DNA of 63,827 nucleotides, filler included, from Octopus bimaculoides (lineage: Eukaryota): the NCBI RefSeq assembly GCF_001194135.2. It is 6 parts of 6 records of this genome, joined end to end, with 100 filler letters (N's around TTAATTAATTAA, not from the genome) between each part and the next. Parts side by side here need not be neighbours in the genome. Positions count along the whole stretch, not along the records: positions 1 to 31,279 come from NC_069000.1; 5 more parts are not named here. One strand, 5' to 3'. Of this stretch, positions 11,001-22,900 are shown piece after piece. Below the pieces are notes generated by a model. The model was not told the origin of the DNA, did no database searches, and saw only the letters and a program-made list of their open reading frames with translations. Position 1 is the first letter of the stretch, and the number at the start of each line of letters is the position of its first letter. Both the position numbers and the translations under genes were made by a program.

Positions 11001-13531
11001 CATTATGGTGGAACCCAATTCTTCAGAGTCTGTCCCTCCTCAGAGCCAGGATGTTGCTGTGAAAAAGGGTAAGGTGCTGGTTACTGCTAGCGAGCCAACC
11101 AAATCAAAACCTCAACAACATAAACCTGTTCTTCATACTAATAGTGTACCCACATCTGTTCCTTCAACTCTGGAAAAGACAATGTCTGTTTCTTATGTCA
11201 CATCAAACAAGGACAAAAGCAAGAATTTTGTAGTGCCAACAGCTGTTGGTAATTCAACCAGTGTTTGTTCTCCACCATTTCCTCTTAAACGCAGCACCAA
11301 CACCACTGTCAACACATCTACTATTTTGGCCGCACCAGTTGCTTCTGCAACTACTTCAAGTAATAAAACGTCTGTTCATAGCACTTCTCGTGTCCCAAAT
11401 GCACCAATTTACTCAACATGCAGTACTCAGACGACAAGTTTCACGGCGAATAGCTCTCAGAAAGTTGGTGCAATGAATGATGGCTGTAGCAAACATGGAC
11501 TTAAAGTCGTGTCTAAACCTCGTTCAGATAAGTCCAGTGGGAAAAGTGCTGCTCTTGATGTGAAAGGTTTGGGGAATTGTGCTAGTAACAAAGTGTCAAA
11601 GACTTCGAATGATGCTAAATTGGTGGCACCCGATCCATTGCCTCCCCATAAGCGATTGCCAGTGGTTAGTAGCACTACTAGTACTGTTAATAATAAAGAG
11701 AAAGTACTTCTAGCTCCCAGAAAACTACAGACAGTCCTTCATGTTAAGACTGAAGATAAGCCACATTCACCACCTAAACAGCGTAAGGTTGCTCATAGTA
11801 ATACTAAGACTGATCATAAATCATTTTTAGCATCTAAACAACAGTCAGAGGTTAATACCAGTACTAAGACTGATCGTAAGTCGCTTCCAGCATCAAATCA
11901 GCAGTCAACAGTTAATACCAATATTAAGACTGATCGTAAGTCGCTTCCAGCATCAAATCAGCAGTCAACAGTTAATACCAATATTAAGACTGATCATAAA
12001 TCACTTCCAGCATCTAAACAGCAGTCAACAGTTAATACCAGTACTAAGACTGATCATAAATCATTTCCAGCATCGAAACAGCAGTCAACAGTTAATACCA
12101 GTACTAAGACCGATCATAAATCATTTCCAGCATCCAAACAACTGTCAACAGTTAATACCAATACTAAGACTGATCATAAATCACTTCCAGCATCCAAACA
12201 AGTGTCAACAGTTAATACCAGTACTAAGATTGATCATAAATCACTTCCAGCATCCAAACAAGTGTCAACAGTTAATACCAGTACTAAGACTGATCGTAAG
12301 TTGCTTCCAGCATCAAATCAGCAGTCAACAGTTAATACCAATATTAAGACTGATCGTAAGTCGCTTCCAGCATCAAATCAGCAGTCAACAGTTAATACCA
12401 ATACTAAGACTGATCGTAAGTCACTTCCAGCATCCAAACAAGTGTCAACAGTTAATACCAATATTAAGACTGAATATAAATCACTTCCAGTATCCAAACA
12501 ACTATCAACGGTTAATCCCAGTACTAAGACTGATCATAAATCACTTCCAGCATCCAAACAAGTGTCAACAGTTAATACCAATATTAAGACTGATCATAAA
12601 TCACTTCCAACATCTAAACAACTGTATACTGTTAATACCAGTACTAAGACTGATCATAAATCACTTCCAGCATCTAAACAACTGTCAACAGTTAATAGCA
12701 GTACTAAGACTGTTCATAAGTCACCCCTAGTTCCTAAACAACAGTCAACAGATGTTAATAGCAATGCTAAGACTGATCATAAATCACATTCAGCTCCTAA
12801 ACAACTGTCAGCAGTCGCTAATGCTAATTATAAAGCTAATCCTAAATCACTTCTAATCCCAAAGCAACCACAAGCAGTTCCTAATAGTAATCCTAAGTCT
12901 GGTCATAAACCACTTATGACAGTGATTAATGTTAAGGTGGAAGATAAACCACTTTCATCTCATAAGCATCAGCCAATAGTTGCAAATATTGAGGTTAAAA
13001 ATAAGTCTTTTTTACCTGCACCTCGTCCAAATGTTTCTGGCTTCTCAAGAGTTCTTGTGCAACCGTGTTCTAAGAATTCCTTGTCGGTGCCACCTGCCAG
13101 ATCTTCGTACCAACAGAAAGTCAGTCAGATTCCGTGTGATACATACTGCTATTCCTGTTGGCGGCGAAACCCCACCAAAGATATCTCAAATAATAATAAT
13201 AATAATAATAATCATAAGAAGAGGAGTAGCTACAACGAGTGCAAAAGCTGTGGGGCTTACTTGCGAATACAACAATGCACGAAGCAGAAGGCGTCCAGGA
13301 TGTTGCTTGACCGTTGGACTTGTAGGACCGGTGGTGGTGGTCGCATCAGGAACAGAAAACGAGGGCTGCATTTTACCTGTTTCAGCTGTCAGCTTCAGTT
13401 CTCCAGCCGATGTACATTCACTGCCCACATGTTGGTCCACCATACTCTCCGACCGTACAAGTGCCGGCTCTGCGGACAATCGGCAATGTCGAAGCAGTTT
13501 CTTCAGCGGCACCTTAAAACACATACGACAG
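8029..13531 (+). CDS. Large C2H2 zinc-finger protein, coding exon 1 (5.5 kb)
   Basis: Uninterrupted ORF from ATG 8029, preceded by an acceptor-like TTGCAG near 7950. Ends in two C2H2 fingers (FTCFSCQLQFSSRCTFTAHMLVH; YKCRLCGQSAMSKQFLQRHLKTH) and a donor CAG|GTAAAT after 13531 (phase 1). Confidence 0.9.
10696..11040 (+). repeat. Coding duplication: two 189-bp (63-aa) units, each with two (I/V)-K-x-E-P-N-S subrepeats
   Basis: IKTE 10711, IKME 10813, IKTE 10900, IMVE 11002. Offsets 10711 to 10900 and 10813 to 11002 are both 189 bp. Confidence 0.8.
11797..12885 (+). repeat. Coding minisatellite: 15 x 60 bp (20 aa) plus 3 diverged 63-bp units
   Basis: Consensus T(S/N)(T/I)KTD(H/R)KSLPAS(K/N)Q(Q/V/L)STVN. 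The 60-bp units span exactly 11797-12696. Confidence 0.95.
13372..13524 (+). other. C2H2 zinc fingers 1-2
   Basis: Two C-X2-C-X12-H-X3-H motifs joined by a TLRPY linker. Confidence 0.9.
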
Positions 13532-13560
13532 GTAAATTATGCTCTTTTATTCTTACATTG

Positions 13561-13900
13561 TTTGTTTCAGTCATTTGACCGTGGCCATGCTGGAGCCCTG
13601 CCTTTAGTCGAACACATTGACCCCAGGACTTATACTTTGTAAGCCTAGTACTTATTCTATCGGTCTTTTTTGCTGAACTGCTAAATTATGAGGATGTAAA
13701 CGTACTAGCGTTGGTTGTCAAGCGATGGTGGACACACACACATATATATATACGGGCTTCTTTCAGTTTCCATCTACCAAATCCACTCATGAGGCTTTGG
13801 TCAGCCCAAGACACTTGCCCAAGGTGCTACGCATTGGGACTGAACCTGGAACTATGTGGTTGGTAAGTAAGCTACTTACCACACAGCCACTCCTGCGCCT
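13561..13900 (-). mobile_element. SINE family A, near full length
   Basis: Same head, body and tail as 556-925. Confidence 0.9.
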
Positions 13901-14559
13901 ATTTTTCGTTTCTTATCTTTGTTCTCTTTCTGTATTTATGTTTTTAATATTCCAGTGGTCTTGTCGTTGAGATCAAGGTGAGCCCAGACTGAGCAGGCTT
14001 GTTGGTCAACGACATTCCACCCATGACCCTCTCATGGTTTTTTTTTTTTTTGCTTTCTGACTGTAGTATCTAAGACTTGCAGATACTATTTAATGTGGCC
14101 ATTTTTTTTTAAGACAAGGAGCTGTGATATTACGGTAATTTGGCTGCTGTTTCTAGCTGGTCAAGTGTTGTCTGTGTGTGCATAAGTATACATGTGTATA
14201 TATTTATTTCAAATCGATGACCGATGGTCTCTTTGTTTGCAGTATATTGCTGGCTGGAGCAGACCCTGGTTATCACTCTGATAAACAGGTGCTCAGGACA
14301 GAGGATGAGCAAAACAGCTTGAAACCAAGTCAGTCTCACGATCCTGTTGTCTGTTTGATAAGTCTGCAGGCCACATGTAGTCCGTGGGCCTCAGGTCGGT
14401 CAGCCCTGGGTTAGATGGTATTCATTGAGGCTGGTTGCCCTTCCTGTTGCCAGGCAAGGTAATATTTCCCCAAGACCATATCTGTTTTTGTAGTAAATGA
14501 GAACTGAACCATCATGGCTTATATGACGATTGAAGGTTACATTTAAAAGTACCCTTCAA

Positions 14560-14865
14560 TTGTTGGGCAATATGCTGTGCTTGAGAAGACCTGTTGAGTG
14601 AAGTGAGACCCTTGTCGTGGCTGATGCCAGTGCCACCTAACTGGCACCCGTGCCTGTGACACCTAAAACGCACCATTCAAGCGTGGTTGATGCCAGTGCT
14701 ACCTGACTGGCTCCTGTGCCGGTGGCATGTAAAAGAAAACCATTCAAGTGTGGTCGATGCCAGTGGCATGTAAAAAGCACCATTTGAGCGTAGTCATTGC
14801 CAGTGCTGCATGACTGGCCCCGGAGTGGTTGGCGTAAGGAAGGGCATCCAGCTGTTGAAACCTGC
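14560..14865 (+). mobile_element. Retroposon family D with internal tandem subrepeats of roughly 60 bp
   Basis: Repeated GATGCCAGTG...TAAAA...CACCATT(C/T)AAG(C/T)G(T) followed by GAGTGGTTGGCGTAAGGAAGGGCATCCAGC. Confidence 0.7.
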
Positions 14866-15384
14866 ACACACGCACTCGTGATAGGCTTCTTTCAGTTTCC
14901 ATCTCCCAAATTCACTCGCAAAGCTTTCAGTCAGCTTAAGTAAAAAGAAAAAAAAAACAAACCACTTGGTCAAAGTGCCCCATGCACTGGGAGTGAACCT
15001 GGAACCATTTACTTGGGAAGTTCACTTCCCAACCACACAGCCATGCTGTTTGTGTGTGTAGGACCATTTCTAATGCCTTATTCATTTGGCATTGCTGTTA
15101 TGGAAATATCTATGGAACATAATTGCTGCAATAACCACTCTCTCTCTCTCTCTAAATATAGTTTATTACCAAATTCCTCTTGTGACAGTCTTCAGATTGT
15201 GATACAAGGGAGGCTACTCATAGTTATCTCTTTATAGTCACTACAGCGAACTGGAATGAACCAATAAGAATTTAAGAATCCTGATGAAAAGTCTTTTGGC
15301 CTTGGCCATCCTGTCTTTTTTGGCCAATGTGTCATTTGAGGGAGATCATCGCCATTTGGGGTTCCGTTTTCCCTACTGGTATAG

Positions 15385-15650
15385 ATTCGATCTCCTTCCT
15401 AACGCCAACCACTCAGAAAGTGTAACGGTGCTTTTATGTGCCATTTGTGTGACACCAGTATCTGCCACAACTGCGATTTTAACTTGGCTTGATGGATCTT
15501 CTTCTCAAGCACAACATAATGTCAACAGTTTCGGTCATTGCCTCTGTGAGGCCCCACACTCAAAAGGTGTTTTTTATGTGCCACCAGCACGGATCCCAGT
15601 TATGTGCCACCAGCATCAGCCACGACTACAATTTCACTTGGCTTGATTGT
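15385..15650 (-). mobile_element. Retroposon family D copy
   Basis: TTCCTAACGCCAACCACTC and reverse-complement subrepeats. Confidence 0.7.
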
Positions 15651-17488
15651 GTAAACTATACTGTCCCGAGTATGACCAATCAAGAAAACAGTAATTACTG
15701 GTGATATACCATATTCTCCTGTATGTAAGTCGAAATTTTGCAGTCCAGAATTTCTGGCCAATGAAGATAGGTCAACTACACCAAGATGATTTTAGGGGAC
15801 TGGAAATTCTATGTGAAATGCAACAGGGATTTGGAAGGATAGCGAGGATGTTTGAATGTTAACACTACATGCTATGTCACTTTGTTTTCTGGAAAATACA
15901 ATAAATCTATTACCAGTGGGTTTCAGAAAAGGGAACTATGAGCTTGGTCTATCATCATTGTTGTCTTAACGTCTACTTTTCTGTGCTTGCATGGGTCAGA
16001 GTTTTGTGCTGCTGGCACCATTTTTGTAGCAAACTTGTTTTCTAGTGGGGTTTGCAGTCTATTGAACTACAAACGACACCATATATACGAGCCTTTTGTT
16101 TACAAAGGTCGTATAACATATTTAGTCATGTCTGTATCCTGTCACTACACATTATAGAAACAGCAGCCAAATCTCACTCAAATCACATGCATAACTTCCT
16201 GAAAAAAAAAGGACACATTCGATAATGTAGTCTTAGATGCATTGTGTACCTGAAAACAACATCAAACACATGGGATAGCTATCATTGATTACAGGTTTAT
16301 CTGTTTGGTCAGTATATCTCTTAGTCTATCTGTTTGACCAACAGCTAAACAACAGCTGAACTACCCACCGCTCTGGCTGCCCTCAGACCATTCTGTCTGA
16401 TAGACATTGTAGAAGTACAATGTCTTATACCACGTTTCCTTTAAGACTGCAGTTTGAAGGAGATTTGGCTGCTATTTCTAGCAGTTTGAGCGACAATGCA
16501 GCTTGTGGTTGTAGTAGTAGTAGTTGTCTTGCAGATCTATGATGAAAGACGTGTCTGTCCCGATCATTCTTTCTTAGTTTTCCGAATAATAAATAATGTG
16601 GTTTGGGGAAATACGTCCTTCCTTTTAATCGGTGGGACAGTATCTGAAGGAAAAAATTTGGCTGCTATTTCTAGCCGATGTAGCGCCTTCCTGGTTGGTT
16701 TTGATACGGTGAAGTAGAACAGTGTATGTGTTCCTATAGAATAGCGTCGGAAATAAAGTAATGATAGAGTATGCCAAAAAAAAAGAAAAAAGAAAAGAAA
16801 AGACCGTAATGTCTTCAGATGTGTGACTTAGATGAATGTCTGGCAAAAAGTAAAAAATACGTACACCCAGTGTTTAAGGGTTAGGAATAGGGTTAGGGTT
16901 TTTGTTACACCGAAAACGGGTGGTGTACTACATATTCTGTACCCCGGCCGAATGTTTTTTATCTTCTAATTTTTTCCAGCCATTGGACTGCGCCCATGCT
17001 GTAGCACCGCCTTAAATCAACACCAGTTGTCAAGCAGTGGTTGGGACACACGCACACGCGCATACACACACGGTGGGCTTCTTTCAGTTTCCATTTACCA
17101 AATCCTCACACATTGAAACTGAAATTGGAACCCTGTGGTTTGCAGCAAACTTTTTTTCCACAAAACCATATGTGATGGCGCATACCCCTGTGGTCAGGGT
17201 GTTGCTCTTACGATCACGAGATCGTGTGGGGTCAATGTCCAGACCGGTTGGCGTAAAAAAACACTTCGTCTTTCGTTGTTTCTGCGACCACTTGGGTACT
17301 TGGGACCCGTGCATGGTGTGTGGCGGCATTTCGGCTGGGTGGGTGGGGACTCAGTTGGTAATAGCTGGCTTAGTAGACCGGGTGGCATAACAGAAGGGTG
17401 CACCGTACACCTGTTCAGACTACGTCGATTTGATGGAGGGTGTGCGTGCGATCTTTCGATACGAGTCCGCACGATCTTCACTACGGTG

Positions 17489-17575
17489 TTAGGGTTTTAG
17501 GGTTAGTGTTTAGGGTTACGGTTACGGTTAGGGACGGAATTCCCTAACCCAAATCCTAAAACCCTGACCCTAACC
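17489..17575. repeat. Degenerate (TTAGGG)n arm abutting a degenerate (CCCTAA)n arm
   Basis: TTAGGGTTTTAGGGTTAGTGTTTAGGGTTACGGTTACGGTTAGGGA-CGGAAT-TCCCTAACCCAAATCCTAAAACCCTGACCCTAACC. Confidence 0.8.
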
Positions 17576-17678
17576 GGACTACTAGGGATTACCAACACAC
17601 ACACACACACGCTCGCACGCGCGCACACATTTATTTATTTATTGATTTATTTTGTCGTCCGAGACGCTGCTCTTCTCT

Positions 17679-17690
17679 ACGTCACTTCCG
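17679..17690 (-). promoter_or_regulatory. Composite ETS-CRE-like motif (CGGAAGTGACGT) in a CpG-containing intronic patch
   Basis: Exact ACGTCACTTCCG on the + strand. Function is inferred only. Confidence 0.4.
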
Positions 17691-18660
17691 TTTTGTACCG
17701 CAGTTGAAGGTCGGCGATGGAGTGAATGAATCATCGGATTTGCCGAAAGTATTAAGCATTACAGACACACGCACGCACGCGCACACACATTCAAATATTC
17801 GTATAATTCTTGAAAGAAAGAAACAAATAGTTAAAACTGAGGAATAACGGAAAGAATCATTTCCAGCTTCAAATAAACGATCCTCTCTTCCCCTCTCTCC
17901 CTGTTCTCGTCTCCCTCCTCCTTCGTCTTTTCATCATTCCATCCTCCCTCTTCTCATCCTTCACTCCTCATTTCTCTCTCCTTCCATGTTTTCCTTGTGT
18001 CTTTTATTTTTTTTTAACCAGTCTCTCCTCTGCCTTCTCCTCATATCTTTCCTCTCTCACTCCATTGTCCCGTTCTTCTCTCTCTCTATTTCTCTCTCTT
18101 CGTATCTCTGCCCAAGTTAGATAAAGGGAAAATATTTGTGTAGAACTATTGCAAGAGTTGCCTCCCATATTCGATGCACTCTTATTATTTTGAGAAAATT
18201 TGTTTAATGCACTCACAGACGCATATACACATACATATATACACAGATGCACACTAGACACACACACACATACTGATACACCACACACACACACTAACAC
18301 ATACAAACACTGCCACATACACACACAAAGTTTTTCCTCCAAGTTAAAAAGAAAACCTCCAAAAACTTCTCTTTTATTCCTTTAATATTTATTTTTCCCC
18401 TTTTTTTCTGTCATCTCCGTTACAACAAATATTTAAAAAATGTTTCCGTCTCAAAGAAACTTCATTACTTAAAAGAAAAAACAAAAAATCAGTCCAACCC
18501 CCAAAAAGGTACATTTTTATTCCTTTTCTTCACAAATCAACCAATTCTTCTTTCAAATAATTTTCTCTTTTCAAGTTCCTATGGAAATCAGTTTTATTCT
18601 CTGTTTTAATTCATATATTTTTCATCATATTCAGGACATAGAAAGAATGTATATAAATTG

Positions 18661-18705
<45 letters not shown>

Positions 18706-18708
<3 letters not shown>

Positions 18709-19068
18709 TTTCAATCATTGTACTGTGGCCATGCTGGGGCATCGCCTTGAGTTTAGTCAAACAAATTGACACCACTGCTTATTTTTTTGTTTTGGAAAGC
18801 CTGCTATTTATTACGTTGAACTCATATGCTGAATCGATAAGTTACAGGGACGTAAACAAACTAACACTGGTTGTCACATGGTGATTAGGGGCAAGCATAC
18901 ACGCGCACGCGCACAACAGGCTTCTTTCGATTTCCATGTACTAAATGCACTCACAAGGCCTTATTTGGCCCAAGGCTAAAGTAGAAGGCACTTGCCCAAG
19001 GTGTCACACAGTGGGACAGAACCTGAAACCTTGCGGTTGGAAAGCAAGCCTCTTACCGCACAGCCACG
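18706..19068 (-). mobile_element. SINE family A, diverged full length
   Basis: Alignment by eye to 556-925. Confidence 0.8.
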
Positions 19069-19210
19069 ACTATTTTGAAGTTGTATTTATTTCTTGCTAA
19101 TCTATTCACCTTCTGTGGTTCTTCTGTCTTGTTTATGGTGTGCTGTTGTCTCTAAGGAACCAATCCTGAAGACAGCCGGAGGTTCTAGAATGTTCTTCCA
19201 CACTTGTTCA

Positions 19211-19365
19211 GGCACAGGCATGGCTGTGTGGTAAGAAGCTTGTTTCCCAACCACATGGTTCCGGGTTCAGTCCCACTGCATAGCACCTTTGTCTTCTACT
19301 ATAGCCTCGGGCTGACCAAAGCCTTGTGAGTGAAACTGAAAGACGGAAACTGAAAGAAGCCTGTC

Positions 19366-19415
<50 letters not shown>

Positions 19416-19600
19416 TTGTCTTTGTGTCTGTTTGTCTCCCCCCCCCCCATCGCTGATGCTAGCGGTTTCGCAAAAGAGACCGATAGAATAAGTACAAGGC
19501 TTACAAAGAATAAGTCGTGGGGTCGATTTCCTCAATTAAAATCCTTTAAGGTGGTGCTCCAGCATGGCCACAGTCTAAATGACTGAACCAAGTGAAAGAA
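19211..19600 (+). mobile_element. SINE family A, full length, followed tail-to-tail by a minus-strand 3' fragment (about 19613-19700)
   Basis: GGCACAGGCATGGCTGTGTGGTAAGAAGCTTG...GACTGAACCAAGTGAAAGA. Confidence 0.85.
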
Positions 19601-19933
19601 AATGCATCAATTTCCTATCTTTTACTTGTTTCAGTCATTTTGATTGTGGCCATGCTGGGGCTTGAAAAGGCCTGGTCAAACAAATTGACCTCTGTTATGT
19701 TTTTTTTTTTTTTTTTNNNNNNNNNNNNNNNNNNNNNNNNNNNNNNNNNNNNNNNNNNNNNNNNNNNNNNNNNNNNNNNNNNNNNNNNNNNNNNNNNNNN
19801 NNNNNNNNNNNNNNNNNNNNNNNNNNNNNNNNNNNNNNNNNNNNNNNNNNNNNNNNNNNNNNNNNNNNNNNNNNNNNNNNNNNNNNNNNNNNNNNNNTTT
19901 TTTTTTTTTTTTTTTTTTTTTCTCTCTTCCCAG

Positions 19934-22900
19934 GGAAAGGACAATTTCAGTGTTCTGCTTGTCTTAAAAAGTTCTCGTATCTGTGTAATCTCCGTGTGCA
20001 CAGTCGTCAGCATCAAAATGAGAAGAGATTGTTCCAGTGCTCCAATTGTTGCCATTGTTACAGTCGGAGTAAAACCCTTGCCAAACATAAATGCTTCTTC
20101 GCTCACGGAAACAAATCTAAATCTGTCTCCGAATCTAAAACGAGATCTGTAAACATAATGAAATCTCATCCTCCACAGCCTGAACAATGTCGACGGTATG
20201 GTGCAAAAGCAGAGCAAACGGGATGTAGTAAGCAGCTGAAGAATGTGTCCCAGAGGAAACAGTTCTCATCAGATTCCATGGAAGTTGATAATGATAAAGT
20301 TGGTGTGGTCAGCGTACGTCAACAGCCTGATGGCATTAAGCAGCTTTCTGCCGATACCACTGATTGTAGTGGTAGTAGTAGTGGTGGTGGTGATAACGGT
20401 GTTGGCAGAAAAACTGCTTCATCATCAACGGATTTAATGAATGGTCTGATATTACCAGCATCAAGGAAAAGGAAACTGCCTGCGACAGTCACAGAAAAAC
20501 TTCTTTCTGCATCTTCTTCTTCTTCAGTTGCCAAGGAAAATTCTTCATCAAAAGACTCACCAACCAGTTTGAAAATGTCGCCAGCAGCGAGTAAGGAGAA
20601 CATGTTGATGCTAGTCACAGATAAACCACTTTCCACTCTCACTGTTGATGGTTCCAAGAGGAGTACTTCTTCTGGTAATGATAACGAATCGGTCTTTGTT
20701 TATGGTGTGGCACTGACAGTTGAAAAACCTACCGCCCAAGTGTTGAATTCAAAATCTCCTCTTCTTGGAGCCACAGATAAAGTTGTAACTTCTCCCTCCC
20801 AGGAACCTACCACAAGGTCCGAATGTTCAAACCAGTTGCAGGCCACTGATGTGGGTGAAAAGAATACCTGCCAAGATTTGAGCTCAAGTTCCAAGAAGGC
20901 AGTATCTTTGAAATCTGTGAAGATCGAGAAGGATTTAGATGATGAGGTTACGATAACTCAGATAATACAATCTGAAGATGATGTAGGAAATGGCTCGTCT
21001 TCAGCGTGTTCAGTTTCTAAACTCAGTTCTAAAACGAATGAATTGCATGGTGATTGCAAAGATAATAGTAGGGCCAAAGAGCATTTGAATATGTTACCTT
21101 TGGAAAAAAAGTTTGTTAAAAAAACAATTGATGTAGGAGCTGATAAAAAGAAGCCAGAGGTGAAAGCAGAATTGGGTAGTGTTGTGTCTGGTACCCAGCC
21201 AGGTGTGGTGGCCCTCCCTGGGGAAGATGGAAAGAAGAGAGAGAAGAAAGACATTGCTATAGAACACTCAGAAACGCAGGGTAGATCAAGTAATAATCAA
21301 TCAGTGGCTGTGAATGAGGGCAAGGGGCAAAAAGCTGCAGTTAAAGACACGAAGAAGGTGGATGCTGGAAGTGTTGTTATGGTAACAGAAGAGGAGCCGA
21401 GAGTAGCTGTTGAAGGGGCCGCTGAAGGTGTGACAGTTGACCGGACGAGTTCCAAAGTTAAGCTGAAAGATAAGGAAGAGAAAGCACAAAGTGGTGATGA
21501 AGGGAGCAAAATGGAGATGCTACATGGCTTGATGAAGCTCAGAAGTCAAAGTGAAAAAGATGAAGAACTGTGTTGTGAAAGGAAGGATAACAAAAAGAGA
21601 AAAGAAAGTGAGGCACCGCTGACAGAAGAAGAAGAAGAGTTGGAGAAAGAGCTCAAAGACATTCAGTTGTTGAATAAAGATCTGAATGTAAAAGAGTTGG
21701 GTGGGGAGGCTGAAGATGAAATGCTTGAATGCCAGACACCAGTCTCAGAAATTATTGAATCTCAAGAGTTCCACGAACAAGAAAGGGTCATATTTCTTCC
21801 AAACGCATTGCCTGATGGGAAAATGAGCAATGGCTCCGAGACGGATGGCAGCCTCATTAAGTTGCCTCGTACTATCAGGCAATGTGTGACAGTTGATGGT
21901 GACTATGTCAGTGGACAACCAATTAAAGTGGAATCTACCGATGTTACTGCTGCTGATTCTAGCAAACTTAGTACTGCTGTGATATATTCTCCTAGCCATC
22001 AGAAAAACAAACTAGTAGAAAGTTCTGGTAATGGCCAAAATAGAAACTGCTGGCACAAAGAAGATGGTAATAATGATGATGAGGAGGATGTTAAGGATGT
22101 GATCCCTGCATCCAAACAGTCTTTACATGACTTGAAGATTAGCTCGATTTTTGGAGCCTGTAAAAGCGATAATAGTAGCAGGAGTGAACAACAGCAGCAA
22201 GATGTGCAGTCGGGTGAAACAAGAGCGCTTACTGATGGTAAGAATGACCAATTGCTACAAGTGTCCAAGGACAGTGCTGGTGACCAAGGGGAAGATCATA
22301 GTTTCACATCAACAGAAGGAGTGATCGTTAATACCAATGTTGGTGGAAGCTATGAACCTTCACTTGACAATCAGTCTACAGAAGTGGATGGCAAAACTCC
22401 CAAAGAACAATTGAAAATCTTAGAACGTGTCCGTTCCCTGCCCAAGCGGAAGTGTAAGAAACCTGTAAAATATTTCTGTGATGACTTCATTTCATCTTTG
22501 TCTGAGAGTCCTGGCAAGTCTAAGGACAAACTTCAGCATACATCATCTTCCACAACTGTATCATCTCCACAGACAGCATCTTCAAATACTCGACACTCGT
22601 TACCGTCATCATCTCTGTCATCATCTTCCTCATCATCATCTTCGTTGTCATCTTCATCATCATCGTTATCGTCATCGTCATCGTCTGCGTCCTCGTCATC
22701 ATCAAAACCTTTGTCTTGTGATAAATCTGATCGGCTTAATAATCAAAATGCCACCACGAAAGAGAAAGACTCTGCAGCGGAAAGATGTGAGGAAGAGACG
22801 AAAGAGAAGGGCAACAACAACAACAACAGAAAGCGGAAATTGTCAGAAACCGCTCCTGGATCAAAGTCTAAGAAGTCTTTAAGATGTAGCAAGAAAGTGG

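Larger units (their letters stand above)
13532..19933 (+). other. Intron of the zinc-finger gene (about 6.4 kb, SINE-rich, includes an N gap)
   Basis: GTAAAT donor at 13532. Polypyrimidine tract and TTCCCAG acceptor ending 19933. A phase-1 join restores ...HLKTHTTG-KGQFQCSAC... Confidence 0.8.

Noticed and set aside
11797-12696. CRISPR-like regular array
   Set aside because: Contiguous 60-bp coding units with no unique spacers, inside a eukaryotic exon.
12230-12730. Overlapping +1-frame ORF across the minisatellite
   Set aside because: It stays open because the 60-bp unit has no stop in that frame. There is no ATG start and no independent evidence.
13532-13578. C-terminal GKLCSFILTLFVSVI of the 1849-aa ORF
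   Set aside because: Read-through past a strong GTAAAT donor into intron and SINE tail sequence.
19996-19998. GTG start of the 1451-aa ORF
   Set aside because: It lies inside finger 3. The frame is open from the acceptor at 19934.
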